Notes under the pieces: model-generated
What the model saw: only the letters and a program-made list of their open reading frames with translations
What the model was told of the DNA's origin: nothing
The model's database searches: none
In this document: positions 9,578 to 18,846 of the stretch, one piece after another
How the letters are laid out: each line of letters starts with the position of its first letter
How positions within the stretch are numbered: the stretch's first letter is position 1
Source of the DNA: a virus
Virus record (IMG/VR): IMGVR_UViG_3300047409_000574
Coordinates: 32,001-96,000 of that record
Reading direction: 5' to 3' (one strand)
Length of the DNA: 64,000 nucleotides
Program-made: the position numbers and the translations under genes

Positions 9578-9726
9578 ACGGTCAGGCGGCCGTAGGGCGC
9601 GTTGCGGAATTGCGCGCCCACTACACACAGGTCAGGGGTCGTCCTAACGGGCGGCCCTTGTCCGTTCCGGCGCGCTTCTATACACTCGCGTTTGCTTACG
9701 TTCCCGACCGCGAAGCGGAGGTAGAG

Positions 9727-10029
9727 ATGGCAGAGGATGAAGCCCCGGCGGAGGTGCCTGTCGCGCCGACCGGCCCGCCACCCAAGACGTTCGAGGTGGT
9801 GACGACCGCGCAGACCGAGCGCCGGTTCATCGTGCAGGCGAAGGACGAGGAGCAGGCGAAGGCGCGCTGGAAGGTGCACAACAAGGACTCGGAGACGTTG
9901 CGGGAGGGGATCGTTGTCGAGGCGGATGAGCAGATCGACACGACGCCCAGGCAGATCAGAGAGGTGCACCCTTATCCGAGGCCGCAGCAGCCGAGCGCGC
10001 CGACGACTCCGCGATCCAGGAAGAAGTAG
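9727..10029 (+). CDS. Hypothetical protein
   Basis: GGAGGTAGAG SD before ATG at 9727; host-like codon usage. Confidence 0.6.
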   Translation: MAEDEAPAEVPVAPTGPPPKTFEVVTTAQTERRFIVQAKDEEQAKARWKVHNKDSETLREGIVVEADEQIDTTPRQIREVHPYPRPQQPSAPTTPRSRKK

Positions 10030-10259
10030 TGGTGGAGAACCAGCACGAGAAAATCACCGGCTACCGTGATTTGTCCCAGGAGGAGATCGACTTGATGAAC
10101 GAGATCAAGGCGCTCGGCATTCAGGTCGGCGAGTTGGTTGAGAAGCTGCGCGAGTTCGCCGGTCTCGATCAGCGCTGGGTGAGCATCGGGCAGACCAACG
10201 TGCAGTTGGGGTTTATGGGCCTGGTCAGAAGCGTGGCGCAGCCGACCACGTTCGTCTGA
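10029..10259 (+). CDS. acb2: Acb2-like anti-CBASS cyclic-oligonucleotide sponge
   Basis: NQHEKITGYRDLSQEEIDLMNEIK..RWVSIGQTNVQLGFMGLVRSVAQPTTF closely matches the Acb2 pattern as I recall it (NQH.KI.GYRDLSQEEID.MN..K / RW..IG.T..Q.G.M...R..AQP..F). Confidence 0.85.
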   Translation: MVENQHEKITGYRDLSQEEIDLMNEIKALGIQVGELVEKLREFAGLDQRWVSIGQTNVQLGFMGLVRSVAQPTTFV

Positions 10260-10332
10260 AAGGATGCGCGGCGGGTGAACGCGACCTACCCGCCGTGCAT
10301 ACAACTTTGCTTGCCGGGTACACTCAGGGGCC

Positions 10333-10950
10333 GTGACGACGAAGGGTGAGCCGAAGCCGCCGAAGAAGCCGACCGGCGCGCGCGGTGCGGGCAAGAGCAC
10401 GCGTCCTGCGCTGCCGTCCCGGAAGAAGCCCAAGTCCACCCTGCGTCGTCCCACGCTGGCCGAGGCCATCGCGCGCAACAGGAAGGTGGTCGAGTTACGG
10501 CTGATGGAGCACAAGACCTGGCGGCAGATCGCCGAGGAAGTCGGCGTGAACGAGATGACAGCCCGGACGGGCTACCGCACCTATGTGGAGGAGATCGCCC
10601 CGCTGATCGACTCGGAGGACGCGTTCGAGAAGGCCCGCGAGTTCCTGCTCAAGCTGGAGGGCATCCAGTCGAAGTTCGCGGCGGTGGCGGCCGGGTCGAA
10701 CCACGAGATGGTGAAGATCGCGGCGCTCCGCTCTCTGGTCGATGCGATGTGGAAAGAGGTGGAGCTTCGCCAGCATCTCGGGCTGCTGCCGTCTGACCTG
10801 GCCGGGCTGGCGGACGAGACCGAGGCGCGCTGGGTGGCCCAGCAGGTAGTCGCCCTGCTCAGGAAGTACGGCGCACCGCAGAAGGCAATCACCGAGCTTC
10901 ACGAGATCATGCGGGTGCCCGAGCCGCCGCGCGCCCTGTCGGCGGTCTAG
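10333..10950 (+). CDS. terS: Terminase small subunit (HTH)
   Basis: RNRKVVELRL..TWRQIAEEVGV HTH; directly upstream of and overlapping TerL. Confidence 0.65.
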   Translation: MTTKGEPKPPKKPTGARGAGKSTRPALPSRKKPKSTLRRPTLAEAIARNRKVVELRLMEHKTWRQIAEEVGVNEMTARTGYRTYVEEIAPLIDSEDAFEKAREFLLKLEGIQSKFAAVAAGSNHEMVKIAALRSLVDAMWKEVELRQHLGLLPSDLAGLADETEARWVAQQVVALLRKYGAPQKAITELHEIMRVPEPPRALSAV

Positions 10951-12764
10951 TGCCGGTCAAGCGGGTGGCGGTGCTCGACCGGCCGCTCGCGTTCCAGACG
11001 CGGCGCACCGGCCCGCGTGCGGCGTTGCGGAGCGAGACCGCGCCGGTGGAAGCACCGCAGGAGGAGAAGCCGCTCTCGTTCCTGGAGTGGTCGCGGCGTA
11101 TCCCGACGGCGAAGGGCAACCTACTCGACTTCGACCGGTTCCCGTTCCAGCCGGAGATGTATCAGGTGTTCGGCGACCAGGAGGTAAAGGACGCTGATCT
11201 GATGAAAAGCGTGCAGGTCGGCGCGTCGGAGATGCTCGCACGTCTGACGCTTTACTTCCCCGACACGCTTGGTTTGACGGCGTTGTACGTGTTCCCAGCG
11301 CTCAAACAGATGTACGACTGGAGCGACACTCGGATCAACCCGCTGCGCGAGCAGAGCAGCTATCTCCAGTCGCGCACGAAGCAGTTACCTGATTGGGCGT
11401 GGAACAAAGGCTTGAAACGCGTGGGCCAAGGATTTTGTGTGTATCGAGGCTCGGAGTCGAAGAATGATCTGATCTCGGTGGACGCCGACCTGGTCGCGAT
11501 GGACGAGTACGACTCGTTGCATCCGCCGAACATCCCGGAGGCGGAGCGCCGGATCAGCGGGTCGGCGTGGGGGCTGATCCGCCGGGTCGGCATCCCATCC
11601 GATCCCGAATATGGAATCGCGAAGCGCTACGCCGCATCGGATCGTCGCTCGTGGATGGTGAAGTGCGGATGCAAGGAGGGCTGGCAGCCGCTCGTGTTCT
11701 CCCTGAACGTGGAGTGGGAGGAGGACGGTGAGGCGATCGAGAACCCGCGGGTGGTCTGCAAGCGCTGCCGCAAGCCGCTCGACGTGCTCAAGGGGAAGTG
11801 GGTGAAGGAGCACCCGGATCGCTCCCGGCCGGGCTTCCATGTGCACCGGCTGATGGTGCCGGGCGAGCGCGGGTTGCGCGCGGTGATCGAGGCTTCCAAG
11901 CTGCGCGAGCCGCACTTGGTCAAGAGCTTCTACAACAATGATCTAGGGATGCCGCACGCCGACAAGACCGGCGGGCTGGATCGTGCGGCCATCGCGGCGG
12001 CGCTGTCGGCGGCGGAGTCGTTCTACGGCGGCCCGTTGGAGCAGGTCGGCGGCTACCGGGGGCCGAACTATGTGACGGCCGGTGTGGATGTGGCGAGCGC
12101 GCGCGCGTTGAGCGTGCGGATCAGCGAGCACCTCGACCCGTTCGAGGTGGTCGGGCATCGCAAGCGCGCGCTCTTTATCGGCGAGGTGGACAGCTTCAAC
12201 GATCTGCCGATGCTGATGGATCACTACGGCGTGCACATCATGGTGATCGACCATCTGCCGGAGATGCGGCTGGCGCTCGGGATGGCGGAGCGCTATCCCG
12301 GCCGCGTGTATGTGTGTCACTACTCGTCCAATCAGTTCGAGCCGCTCGTGCTTGACACTGAGCAGCGCAAGGTGAGTGTGCAGCGCACGCCGGTGATGGA
12401 TGCGGTGATCTCGGTGATGCGGGGGCTGCGTAACTTCCTCCCGGCGGACTTGCCGGTGAAGTACGTGGAGCATATGATCGCGCCGCGCCGGGTGATCGAA
12501 CGCGACGAGTACGACCGCACGACGGTGCGCTACGAGTCGAAGGGGCCGGATGATGCGTTCCACGCAGAGGTCTACGATCTGGTCGCCACCGAAGTTCTCA
12601 AGATCAGGATGGAAGTAGAAGCTGCGACTGCTGGCCCCGAGATCACGTCGTTGGACGACCAACTCGAATGGGAGCGGAGCAACGTAAACAGTCTGGACGA
12701 GATGGGGTATCGCGCTGGCCCCGACATGTCGTATCGTCCAGGCCCGGATGGCGACGGTTACTGA
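10950..12764 (+). CDS. terL: Terminase large subunit, lambda GpA family
   Basis: FPFQPEM, MKSVQVGASE (deviant Walker A), VAMDEYD, SDRRSW..CGC..CKRC, FYNNDLG, nuclease AGVDV..DDAFHA. Confidence 0.92.
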   Translation: MPVKRVAVLDRPLAFQTRRTGPRAALRSETAPVEAPQEEKPLSFLEWSRRIPTAKGNLLDFDRFPFQPEMYQVFGDQEVKDADLMKSVQVGASEMLARLTLYFPDTLGLTALYVFPALKQMYDWSDTRINPLREQSSYLQSRTKQLPDWAWNKGLKRVGQGFCVYRGSESKNDLISVDADLVAMDEYDSLHPPNIPEAERRISGSAWGLIRRVGIPSDPEYGIAKRYAASDRRSWMVKCGCKEGWQPLVFSLNVEWEEDGEAIENPRVVCKRCRKPLDVLKGKWVKEHPDRSRPGFHVHRLMVPGERGLRAVIEASKLREPHLVKSFYNNDLGMPHADKTGGLDRAAIAAALSAAESFYGGPLEQVGGYRGPNYVTAGVDVASARALSVRISEHLDPFEVVGHRKRALFIGEVDSFNDLPMLMDHYGVHIMVIDHLPEMRLALGMAERYPGRVYVCHYSSNQFEPLVLDTEQRKVSVQRTPVMDAVISVMRGLRNFLPADLPVKYVEHMIAPRRVIERDEYDRTTVRYESKGPDDAFHAEVYDLVATEVLKIRMEVEAATAGPEITSLDDQLEWERSNVNSLDEMGYRAGPDMSYRPGPDGDGY

Positions 12765-13368
12765 GCGGCTCTGGTCGAAGATCGACGTGCGCGGGCCGGA
12801 TGAGTGCTGGCCGTGGACGAGGGGCAAGACGAGCGCGGGTTACGGCCAACTGCGCGTGGCGGGGAAGTTGTTGTATGCGCACCGCCTGGTGAGCGAGGAT
12901 CGAGGGGGGCCGTTGCCGTCGAACGTGGTCGTGCGCCATTCGTGCGACAACCCTCCGTGCTGCAATCCGAAGCATCTTCTGCGTGGGACGCAACGCGACA
13001 ACGTGATGGACATGTTCGAGCGCGGACGCGCGAACCACACGACGCTACGCGGGGAGAAGAGCGGGACGGCGAAGCTCACCGCCGACCAGGTCATGGCCGC
13101 TCGACACGCGTATGCGTCCGGGGCGGCGACGTTTGAGGGACTGGCGGCGGAGTACGGCGTGGTTATGGCGGCGATGTGGAACGCAGTCAACGGCATGACC
13201 TGGTCGCACCTGCCGCTGGTGAAGCGGGCGACGAAGAAGCGAGGTCGGGGGCTGTGCGAGTGCGGGTGTGGCGCTCGTGCTCCGATCGCGAAGATGACGA
13301 ACACGAAGAAGGGTCACGTGCGCGGGAGGCCAGTCAGGTTCATACGCGGCCACCATGCTCGACACTAG
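12748..13368 (+). CDS. HNH homing endonuclease
   Basis: CWPWT..GYG..AHRL..VRHSCDNPPCCNPKHL..GTQRDN; AKLT HTH; C-terminal CECGCG..RFIRGHH. Confidence 0.9.
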   Translation: MATVTERLWSKIDVRGPDECWPWTRGKTSAGYGQLRVAGKLLYAHRLVSEDRGGPLPSNVVVRHSCDNPPCCNPKHLLRGTQRDNVMDMFERGRANHTTLRGEKSGTAKLTADQVMAARHAYASGAATFEGLAAEYGVVMAAMWNAVNGMTWSHLPLVKRATKKRGRGLCECGCGARAPIAKMTNTKKGHVRGRPVRFIRGHHARH

Positions 13369-13434
13369 CCATCATCGTTTGCTACACTGAGCGGGCACGT
13401 GTGTGTAGTCGAGCGACTGGAGGTAGAGACCATG
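13368..13434 (+). promoter_or_regulatory. Repeated promoter/operator element, copy 1
   Basis: GCCATCATCGTTTGCTACACTGAG..GTGTGTAGTC..GGAGGTAGAG-ATG; related copies at 8507, 50138, 54306. Confidence 0.7.
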
Positions 13435-13860
13435 TCGGAGTTGCAGGAGTGGCTGGAGGGATGCGGCTGCGTGTGTGTGCCGGTCGAGGTGACCATCGGC
13501 CGGACGACCTACGAGGGCGTGCGGTACAAGCAGACGCGCAAGGTGCTGGAGGGCTGCCGGGCCTACACCGAGGGGGAGCGCGAGTACGTGCAGGAGGCGC
13601 TCTACCTGCTGGGTGATCTGCCCGCGACGTACAGGCGCTCGCGCCGGATCGCGTTTCTGATCGACGGGGAGGAGCACGAGTGGTATCTGGCGTCGTGGGT
13701 GACGGACGCGACGGCCAAGTCGGAGCGGTACGGGATGTTCCACTTCGAGGGTCACGCGGCGTTCCAGATCATGCCGTGGAGCGTCGGCGGGAAGATCGAC
13801 GAGCACGAGGAGCGGCCCTACCGCCGGGTGGCGATCCGGGTTGCCGAGCCGGTGGCGTAG
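13432..13860 (+). CDS. Hypothetical protein
   Basis: Strong SD, first gene after the repeated promoter. Confidence 0.65.
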   Translation: MSELQEWLEGCGCVCVPVEVTIGRTTYEGVRYKQTRKVLEGCRAYTEGEREYVQEALYLLGDLPATYRRSRRIAFLIDGEEHEWYLASWVTDATAKSERYGMFHFEGHAAFQIMPWSVGGKIDEHEERPYRRVAIRVAEPVA

Positions 13861-14469
13861 ATGGTGAAGCTGCGGAAGATCAACGCGGGCAGGTACGTGA
13901 CGCTCGACGGCCGCTACGAGATCGACCAGCAGCCCTACGAGCGGGAGTGCGACTGTGTCGCCTGCCAGGTTGGGGGTATCTGCGCGCACGGTGGGACTGC
14001 AACTGACTGGTTCTGGATCATTTGGGACACTGAGACGGATGACTACGCCGACGGGACGCACCTATCGTCGTTTGACACGTTGCGCGAAGCCAAGGAGTGG
14101 CTCGCGCCGATGGTCGCGACGCTGAACGAGGGCGTCACGCCGGAGTACGAGAAGCCGCTGGTTCGCGCGGAGCGCGAGCCGGTCAAGGCGAGCGAGCATG
14201 TCGGCACCGAGGGCGGCACGCTCGCCGCGTCACTCACGGTCGAGCAGGCGATCCCGCTGGTCACGAAGTACGGCGAGGCGACGCTCTACCGCTTGACCGA
14301 TGCGGACGGCAACACGTTCAAGTGGATCACGAAGTCTGACGAGTACGGCGAGGGCGACCGGCTGACGGCGACCTGGACGATCAAGGAGCACGGCGAGTGG
14401 AAGGGCGTCAAGGAGACGGCGGTGAAGCTCCCGTCCGGCCTGGTGGTCGAGGCGGGGGTGGCGGCATGA
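13861..14469 (+). CDS. Hypothetical protein with C-terminal OB-fold-like domain paralogous to a module of the giant protein
   Basis: SEHVGT..LTVE..YG..TDADGNTFKW..IKEHGEWKGVKETAV. Confidence 0.65.
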   Translation: MVKLRKINAGRYVTLDGRYEIDQQPYERECDCVACQVGGICAHGGTATDWFWIIWDTETDDYADGTHLSSFDTLREAKEWLAPMVATLNEGVTPEYEKPLVRAEREPVKASEHVGTEGGTLAASLTVEQAIPLVTKYGEATLYRLTDADGNTFKWITKSDEYGEGDRLTATWTIKEHGEWKGVKETAVKLPSGLVVEAGVAA

Positions 14470-14852
14470 AGATGCTGGTCTACAACGAGAAGGAGCGTGT
14501 CTGGGATGTGCCGAGCCTCCACGGCTACGCGCATCCCGTTGACAACGGCTACCACTTCCAGACTTATCTGGGCGACGGGTCGATCACCGTCGAGGGTGGT
14601 AGAGCCGACGACCTCGACCATGTGCTGGCGAAGATGGTCGAGCGCGGCATCCCCCACTCTCGCCTTGTGAAGCTCCCGAACTACGAGGGCTACCAGTACG
14701 AGCCGCTGGGCATGCGGATCGTGGACGACTATCGCGGGCCGGGTGGCGCGACGTTCAAGACGGAGTTCGAGGGGCACACGCTCAAGCTCGGGCTGCTCAA
14801 GAACTTCCGCGCCCTGCTCTATGGGTTGCACCTTGCGGGCGGATCGAAATGA
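14466..14852 (+). CDS. Hypothetical protein
   Basis: ATGA-coupled ORF. Confidence 0.55.
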   Translation: MKMLVYNEKERVWDVPSLHGYAHPVDNGYHFQTYLGDGSITVEGGRADDLDHVLAKMVERGIPHSRLVKLPNYEGYQYEPLGMRIVDDYRGPGGATFKTEFEGHTLKLGLLKNFRALLYGLHLAGGSK

Positions 14853-14922
14853 GAGCGGCGGCCCCGGCCCCACCCGGAAGCCGCCGCCTGACCACTACCA
14901 ACCAGAGAGAGAGGATCGCACA

Positions 14923-15417
14923 ATGACCGGACAGACGATAGGGCTGGCGCTCCCCACGCTTGCCGACGAGGGCGAGGTGCTCGACGCGCTGAACGCAAAG
15001 ATCGCGGAGGAGCGCGACGCGCTGGCGGCGATCGGCCGGGTGCGGCGCGAGCACGAGCGGGCGCTGGCGCGTCTGGAGGCGTCCAGGCGGGCGCTGACCG
15101 GCAAGCAGGTCAGCCGTCGCCCGGCGGTCAAGGCGGAGCGTACGGCGCTCCAGCGCGCCGGGAAGGGCAACGTGGAGAAGGTGCTGGCGTTGCTGCGCCG
15201 GGAGGGCGCGCACACGCGCGGGGAGATCACCCAGAAGCTCGGGATGAACAACGGCACGGTGACTTGGGCGATCCGGCATCTGGAGGAGCAGGGGAAGATC
15301 AAGCGGACGGGTGAGCAGCGGCGCGGCTCGGACGAGTTCCAGATGGCGCTCGTGCGCAGAGCTAAGAAGCGCGAACGTACGGCCGACGGGCTGGTGCGTG
15401 ACCTGACGCCGTCCTGA
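14923..15417 (+). CDS. Coiled-coil plus MarR-like winged-helix protein
   Basis: KVLALLRREG..TRGEITQKLGMNNGTVTWAIRHLEEQGKI. Confidence 0.7.
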   Translation: MTGQTIGLALPTLADEGEVLDALNAKIAEERDALAAIGRVRREHERALARLEASRRALTGKQVSRRPAVKAERTALQRAGKGNVEKVLALLRREGAHTRGEITQKLGMNNGTVTWAIRHLEEQGKIKRTGEQRRGSDEFQMALVRRAKKRERTADGLVRDLTPS

Positions 15418-15455
15418 GCGGTTCAGGCTGGAAGGATCGGGGGTAGGATCACCCG

Positions 15456-16022
15456 GTGGCTATCGGTCAGATGCGTGAGGCAGGTCGCCCGACGCGGGCG
15501 ATTCGTCTCACCTTCAACCCGAAGGTGACCTGCCCCGCCGGTGACCCGGTGTACGAGAGTCCCGAGGGGTCGGGGGTGCGCTGCGCGATCGAGCGGAACA
15601 CGCTTTCGGCGTTGCGTGATCCGTCCTCGCTTCTGACGTTCTGCCTGTCGCGGTACGACTCGTGTCCGACCTGGGAGTTGGAGAAGCGGCGGGTGGCGGA
15701 TCGGATCGCTCGGGAGCTTGCCGATGATCGCTCGGATCAGATCGAGCGTCCCCCGCTTCCGGCGGCGGTCTCGCTTGGTGGCGAGACCGAGGTCACCTAC
15801 TTCGAGGGTGACTGAGTGGGCGGCTCGATGACGACCGTGCCGAAGAAGCGGGTGATGGTGCCCGTGCCCGGCATGTACCTGACCGACGGAGTTGTGCTGG
15901 TCGAGTGCGTGTTGAAGCAGCGCAACGGCTGGCAGGTCGCAAACGTTGTGACTGATGCGCGTGAAGTGATCTCGCTTGCTCATCTCGCGAACTGGCGGGA
16001 GGTGACTCCGAGTGCCGCGTGA
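15456..16022 (+). CDS. Two adjacent hypothetical proteins (15456-15815, 15816-16022)
   Basis: Abutting ORFs immediately upstream of the portal. Confidence 0.5.
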
Positions 16023-18267
16023 TGGCCTGCTCGGCAAGACGCTTGACAGGCTCGAAGAACTAACTGGGCTGACTGTCGTAGATGGTGACTACCTGCGCGT
16101 GCAGGAGGCCGTCGCGAGCGAGGCGATGGTGCTCGCGCAGGAACTCGACGAGGTCGGCTACACCTGGATGGGGTTCAACCAGGGCAGGCAGAACGAGGTA
16201 TCGGCTGTCACCCGTCGCCGGTGGGCGCAGCAGGCCCGGATTGTCTGGCAGGCCGACCCGCAGGCCGGGGCCGCGGTCGAACTACTCAACGAGTTCTCGC
16301 TCGGGCGCGGGGTGCCGAAGCCGCGCGCGAAGGACGACGAGGTGCAGGAGGTGATCGACGAGTATTGGGACGACCCACAGAACCAGCGGGTGCTGACCGG
16401 TTACGCGTCGCTCGTCAAGCTCGGCACCTCGCTCTCGATTCAGAGCAACGTGTTCCCGCTCGTGTTCGACGACGGCGACGACGGCAAGGTCAAGTTCTCG
16501 TTCCTGAACCACGACACGGTCGAGTCGGCCTACACCGATCCGCTGAACCGGCAACGGGTGCTGTTCTATCTCGCGCGCAAGCATGAGGGCGAGTGGGACT
16601 TCCTGACCAACACGTGGAAGCCGGTGAGCCGACCGGACAAGCTCCTCTACTACGAGAACTGGGGGGCGCTGCACGAGGCGCTGGTCGAGCGCGGCGAGGA
16701 CACCGACGAGGCGAAGGACTGGCTCGACAAGCTGCGTAAGAAGGTTGCCGGAACGGAGGAGGTGGACAGCGAGTACGCCTACGGGCAGCCGGGCGAGGAG
16801 ATCGACGCGATGGGCACCGGGCTGATGCTGCCGCCCTACAACCGCTGGGGCGAAGGCAAGGTCTACCACCTCGCCGAGAACCAGGACATGGAGATGATCT
16901 TCGGCGTGCCGCGCATGCGCCGCACGATCCGCTGGTACACCGCCTACAACGACTTTATGAAGGCGCGGGTGGACATGGCGATGGGTGCCGCTGCGTTCCT
17001 CGCGCAGAAGAAGATTAAGGGCAGCCCCCAGGCGATGGAGAAGATCGCGCAGCGCGCGACCCGTGCGGTGTCTGATCTGCGCGCGACGATCGACTCGACA
17101 CTGATCGGCGGCGAGGAGGTGAAGCAGGGGCCGCGCCCGGCGTCGTTCGCGACGATGACCGATTCGGTCACGTTCGAGCCGCTCAACCTGAACTCGGGCG
17201 CGGGCAACGCGCTGACCGACGGGCAGATGCTTCGCGCGCAGGTGTCGGCCGGTGACCGCTGGCCGCAGCATTACCTGGGCGATGTGGGGAGCGCGAACCT
17301 GGCGACCGCGACCTCGATGGAGCTTCCCGCGCTCAAGCATGTCGAGGCGCGCATGGAGGTGCTGGAGAATCTGTTGCGCTTCGGGATCGACCGGTCGATC
17401 GAGCGGGCGGTCGAGGTCGGTCGGCTCGACCCGAACGTGGACACGACGACCGACGAGAACCCGAAGCCGGAGGAGCTTGTCGATCAGACCGGCCCGTACG
17501 TGAACGAGTCGCTGTACGAGGTGCTGGTCGAGTCGGCGCAGATGATGTGGCGCTCGCGCGGCAAGGACGTGATCCGGCCGACGATGGTGCTGCGTCACCT
17601 GGAGACCGGGCTGCCGGAGTTCGTGCTGCTACGGGAGGCGCACGAGGATCGGCAGGACGACGAGCAGGACACCGGCCGTGATCTCTCCTACGAGTTCGGG
17701 ATGCCGTCACCGTTGCGCCGGACGATGGGCGACGTGGTGACGGCGGTCTCCCAGCTTGCGACGATGGCCGACCCGAACGGGCTGAACGTCGAGTTGACGC
17801 GCACGCTGTTGACCTACGCGTTCGCGCAAGGGCTGGAGATGCAGGACGCATCCGATGTGGTCGATGCGATCTTCCCGGCCGACTACAACCCGATGGCGGC
17901 GATGCAGGCGATGCAGGGCGGCGCGCCGCCGGGTGCCGCGCCTGATCCGTTCGCGCCGGACGCGACGAGTCAACCGGCCGATCCGAACAATCCGTACAGC
18001 GCGCCCGCGCAGGCGACTCCGCCGGAACAGGTGCCGCTGAACGAGGCGGGGGTGGTTGGTTACGACCGGCTGGGGGAGCCGATGATCCTGTTGCCGGGCC
18101 GGGCGCGGGTCGGCCAGACTCCGCTCGGGATTGATGCGGCCAAGCGTGCCCGGCAGGCTGGGCTGGACGCGTTGTTCACGGCCGAGACACGGGGGGCGAC
18201 GATGGAGGCGCTTGCGGGTCTGACGATGAACCGGCTGGTGGACGAACCCACAAACGGCGACCACTAG
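16012..18267 (+). CDS. Portal protein
   Basis: Position between TerL and MuF; ADPQAGAAVELLNEFSLGRG, VQEVIDEYWDD..N, G.P.HYLGDVGSANLATATSMELP; Pro/Ala-rich tail. Confidence 0.8.
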   Translation: MPRDGLLGKTLDRLEELTGLTVVDGDYLRVQEAVASEAMVLAQELDEVGYTWMGFNQGRQNEVSAVTRRRWAQQARIVWQADPQAGAAVELLNEFSLGRGVPKPRAKDDEVQEVIDEYWDDPQNQRVLTGYASLVKLGTSLSIQSNVFPLVFDDGDDGKVKFSFLNHDTVESAYTDPLNRQRVLFYLARKHEGEWDFLTNTWKPVSRPDKLLYYENWGALHEALVERGEDTDEAKDWLDKLRKKVAGTEEVDSEYAYGQPGEEIDAMGTGLMLPPYNRWGEGKVYHLAENQDMEMIFGVPRMRRTIRWYTAYNDFMKARVDMAMGAAAFLAQKKIKGSPQAMEKIAQRATRAVSDLRATIDSTLIGGEEVKQGPRPASFATMTDSVTFEPLNLNSGAGNALTDGQMLRAQVSAGDRWPQHYLGDVGSANLATATSMELPALKHVEARMEVLENLLRFGIDRSIERAVEVGRLDPNVDTTTDENPKPEELVDQTGPYVNESLYEVLVESAQMMWRSRGKDVIRPTMVLRHLETGLPEFVLLREAHEDRQDDEQDTGRDLSYEFGMPSPLRRTMGDVVTAVSQLATMADPNGLNVELTRTLLTYAFAQGLEMQDASDVVDAIFPADYNPMAAMQAMQGGAPPGAAPDPFAPDATSQPADPNNPYSAPAQATPPEQVPLNEAGVVGYDRLGEPMILLPGRARVGQTPLGIDAAKRARQAGLDALFTAETRGATMEALAGLTMNRLVDEPTNGDH

Positions 18268-18275
18268 GAGGACGC

Positions 18276-18404
18276 ATGCTTTGGCTGCTCGTGATCCTGC
18301 TGCTGCTGTTTCTGTTCGGCGGCTTCTACGTGTCGCACCTGCTGTTCCTCGTGATCGTGGTGATCGTGCTGGTGGCGCTCCTGGGCCGGGGACGACTGTT
18401 CTAA
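18276..18404 (+). CDS. 42-aa hydrophobic membrane peptide
   Basis: MLWLLVILLLLFLFGGFYVSHLLFLVIVVIVLVALLGRGRLF; AGGAGG SD. Confidence 0.6.
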   Translation: MLWLLVILLLLFLFGGFYVSHLLFLVIVVIVLVALLGRGRLF

Positions 18405-18421
18405 AACGAAGGAGGTAGAGG

Positions 18422-18598
18422 ATGTTCGGCAAGTTCGGTGTGCGAGCGTGGATCACGCTCGCGGCGGTTGTGGTGTTCGTGCTCGCGTTCATCGTCTCGA
18501 TGGGCTGGGCTTTCCACAACTGGCAGGCGTGGGTCTCGGCTGGGTTCGCGGTGCTCGCGGCAGCGTGGTTGCCGTGGCGGGACGAGCCGCGTCTATGA
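18422..18598 (+). CDS. 58-aa two-TM membrane protein
   Basis: MFGKFGVRAWITLAAVVVFVLAFIVSMGWAFHNWQAWVSAGFAVLAAAWLPW; GGAGGTAGAG SD. Confidence 0.6.
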   Translation: MFGKFGVRAWITLAAVVVFVLAFIVSMGWAFHNWQAWVSAGFAVLAAAWLPWRDEPRL

Positions 18599-18846
18599 AC
18601 GGCGTCGATACACGAGACAACCGCGACCCGGAGTTGATCGGGGTGGAGCTTCACCGTGCACGGGAGCAGCATCCCGACGGCGGGCTGGCGGCGCTGGCCG
18701 ACAAGGCGAACCTGAACGTGCCGGACTTCGGCACACCGGAGGCGCATGAGTACCGGGTGCGCGGCAACGGCCAGGTGGCCGCTGTCGGCGAGTTCTTTGT
18801 GCGCGGCCTAGACTCCGGGCGTGACGCAGCCGCGCCCGAGCACTAG
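18595..18846 (+). CDS. Hypothetical protein
   Basis: ATGA-coupled 83-aa ORF. Confidence 0.45.
   Translation: MNGVDTRDNRDPELIGVELHRAREQHPDGGLAALADKANLNVPDFGTPEAHEYRVRGNGQVAAVGEFFVRGLDSGRDAAAPEH

Noticed and set aside
18276-18598. Holin/antiholin call for the two small membrane genes
   Set aside because: No endolysin is recognisable nearby; left as membrane proteins of unknown function
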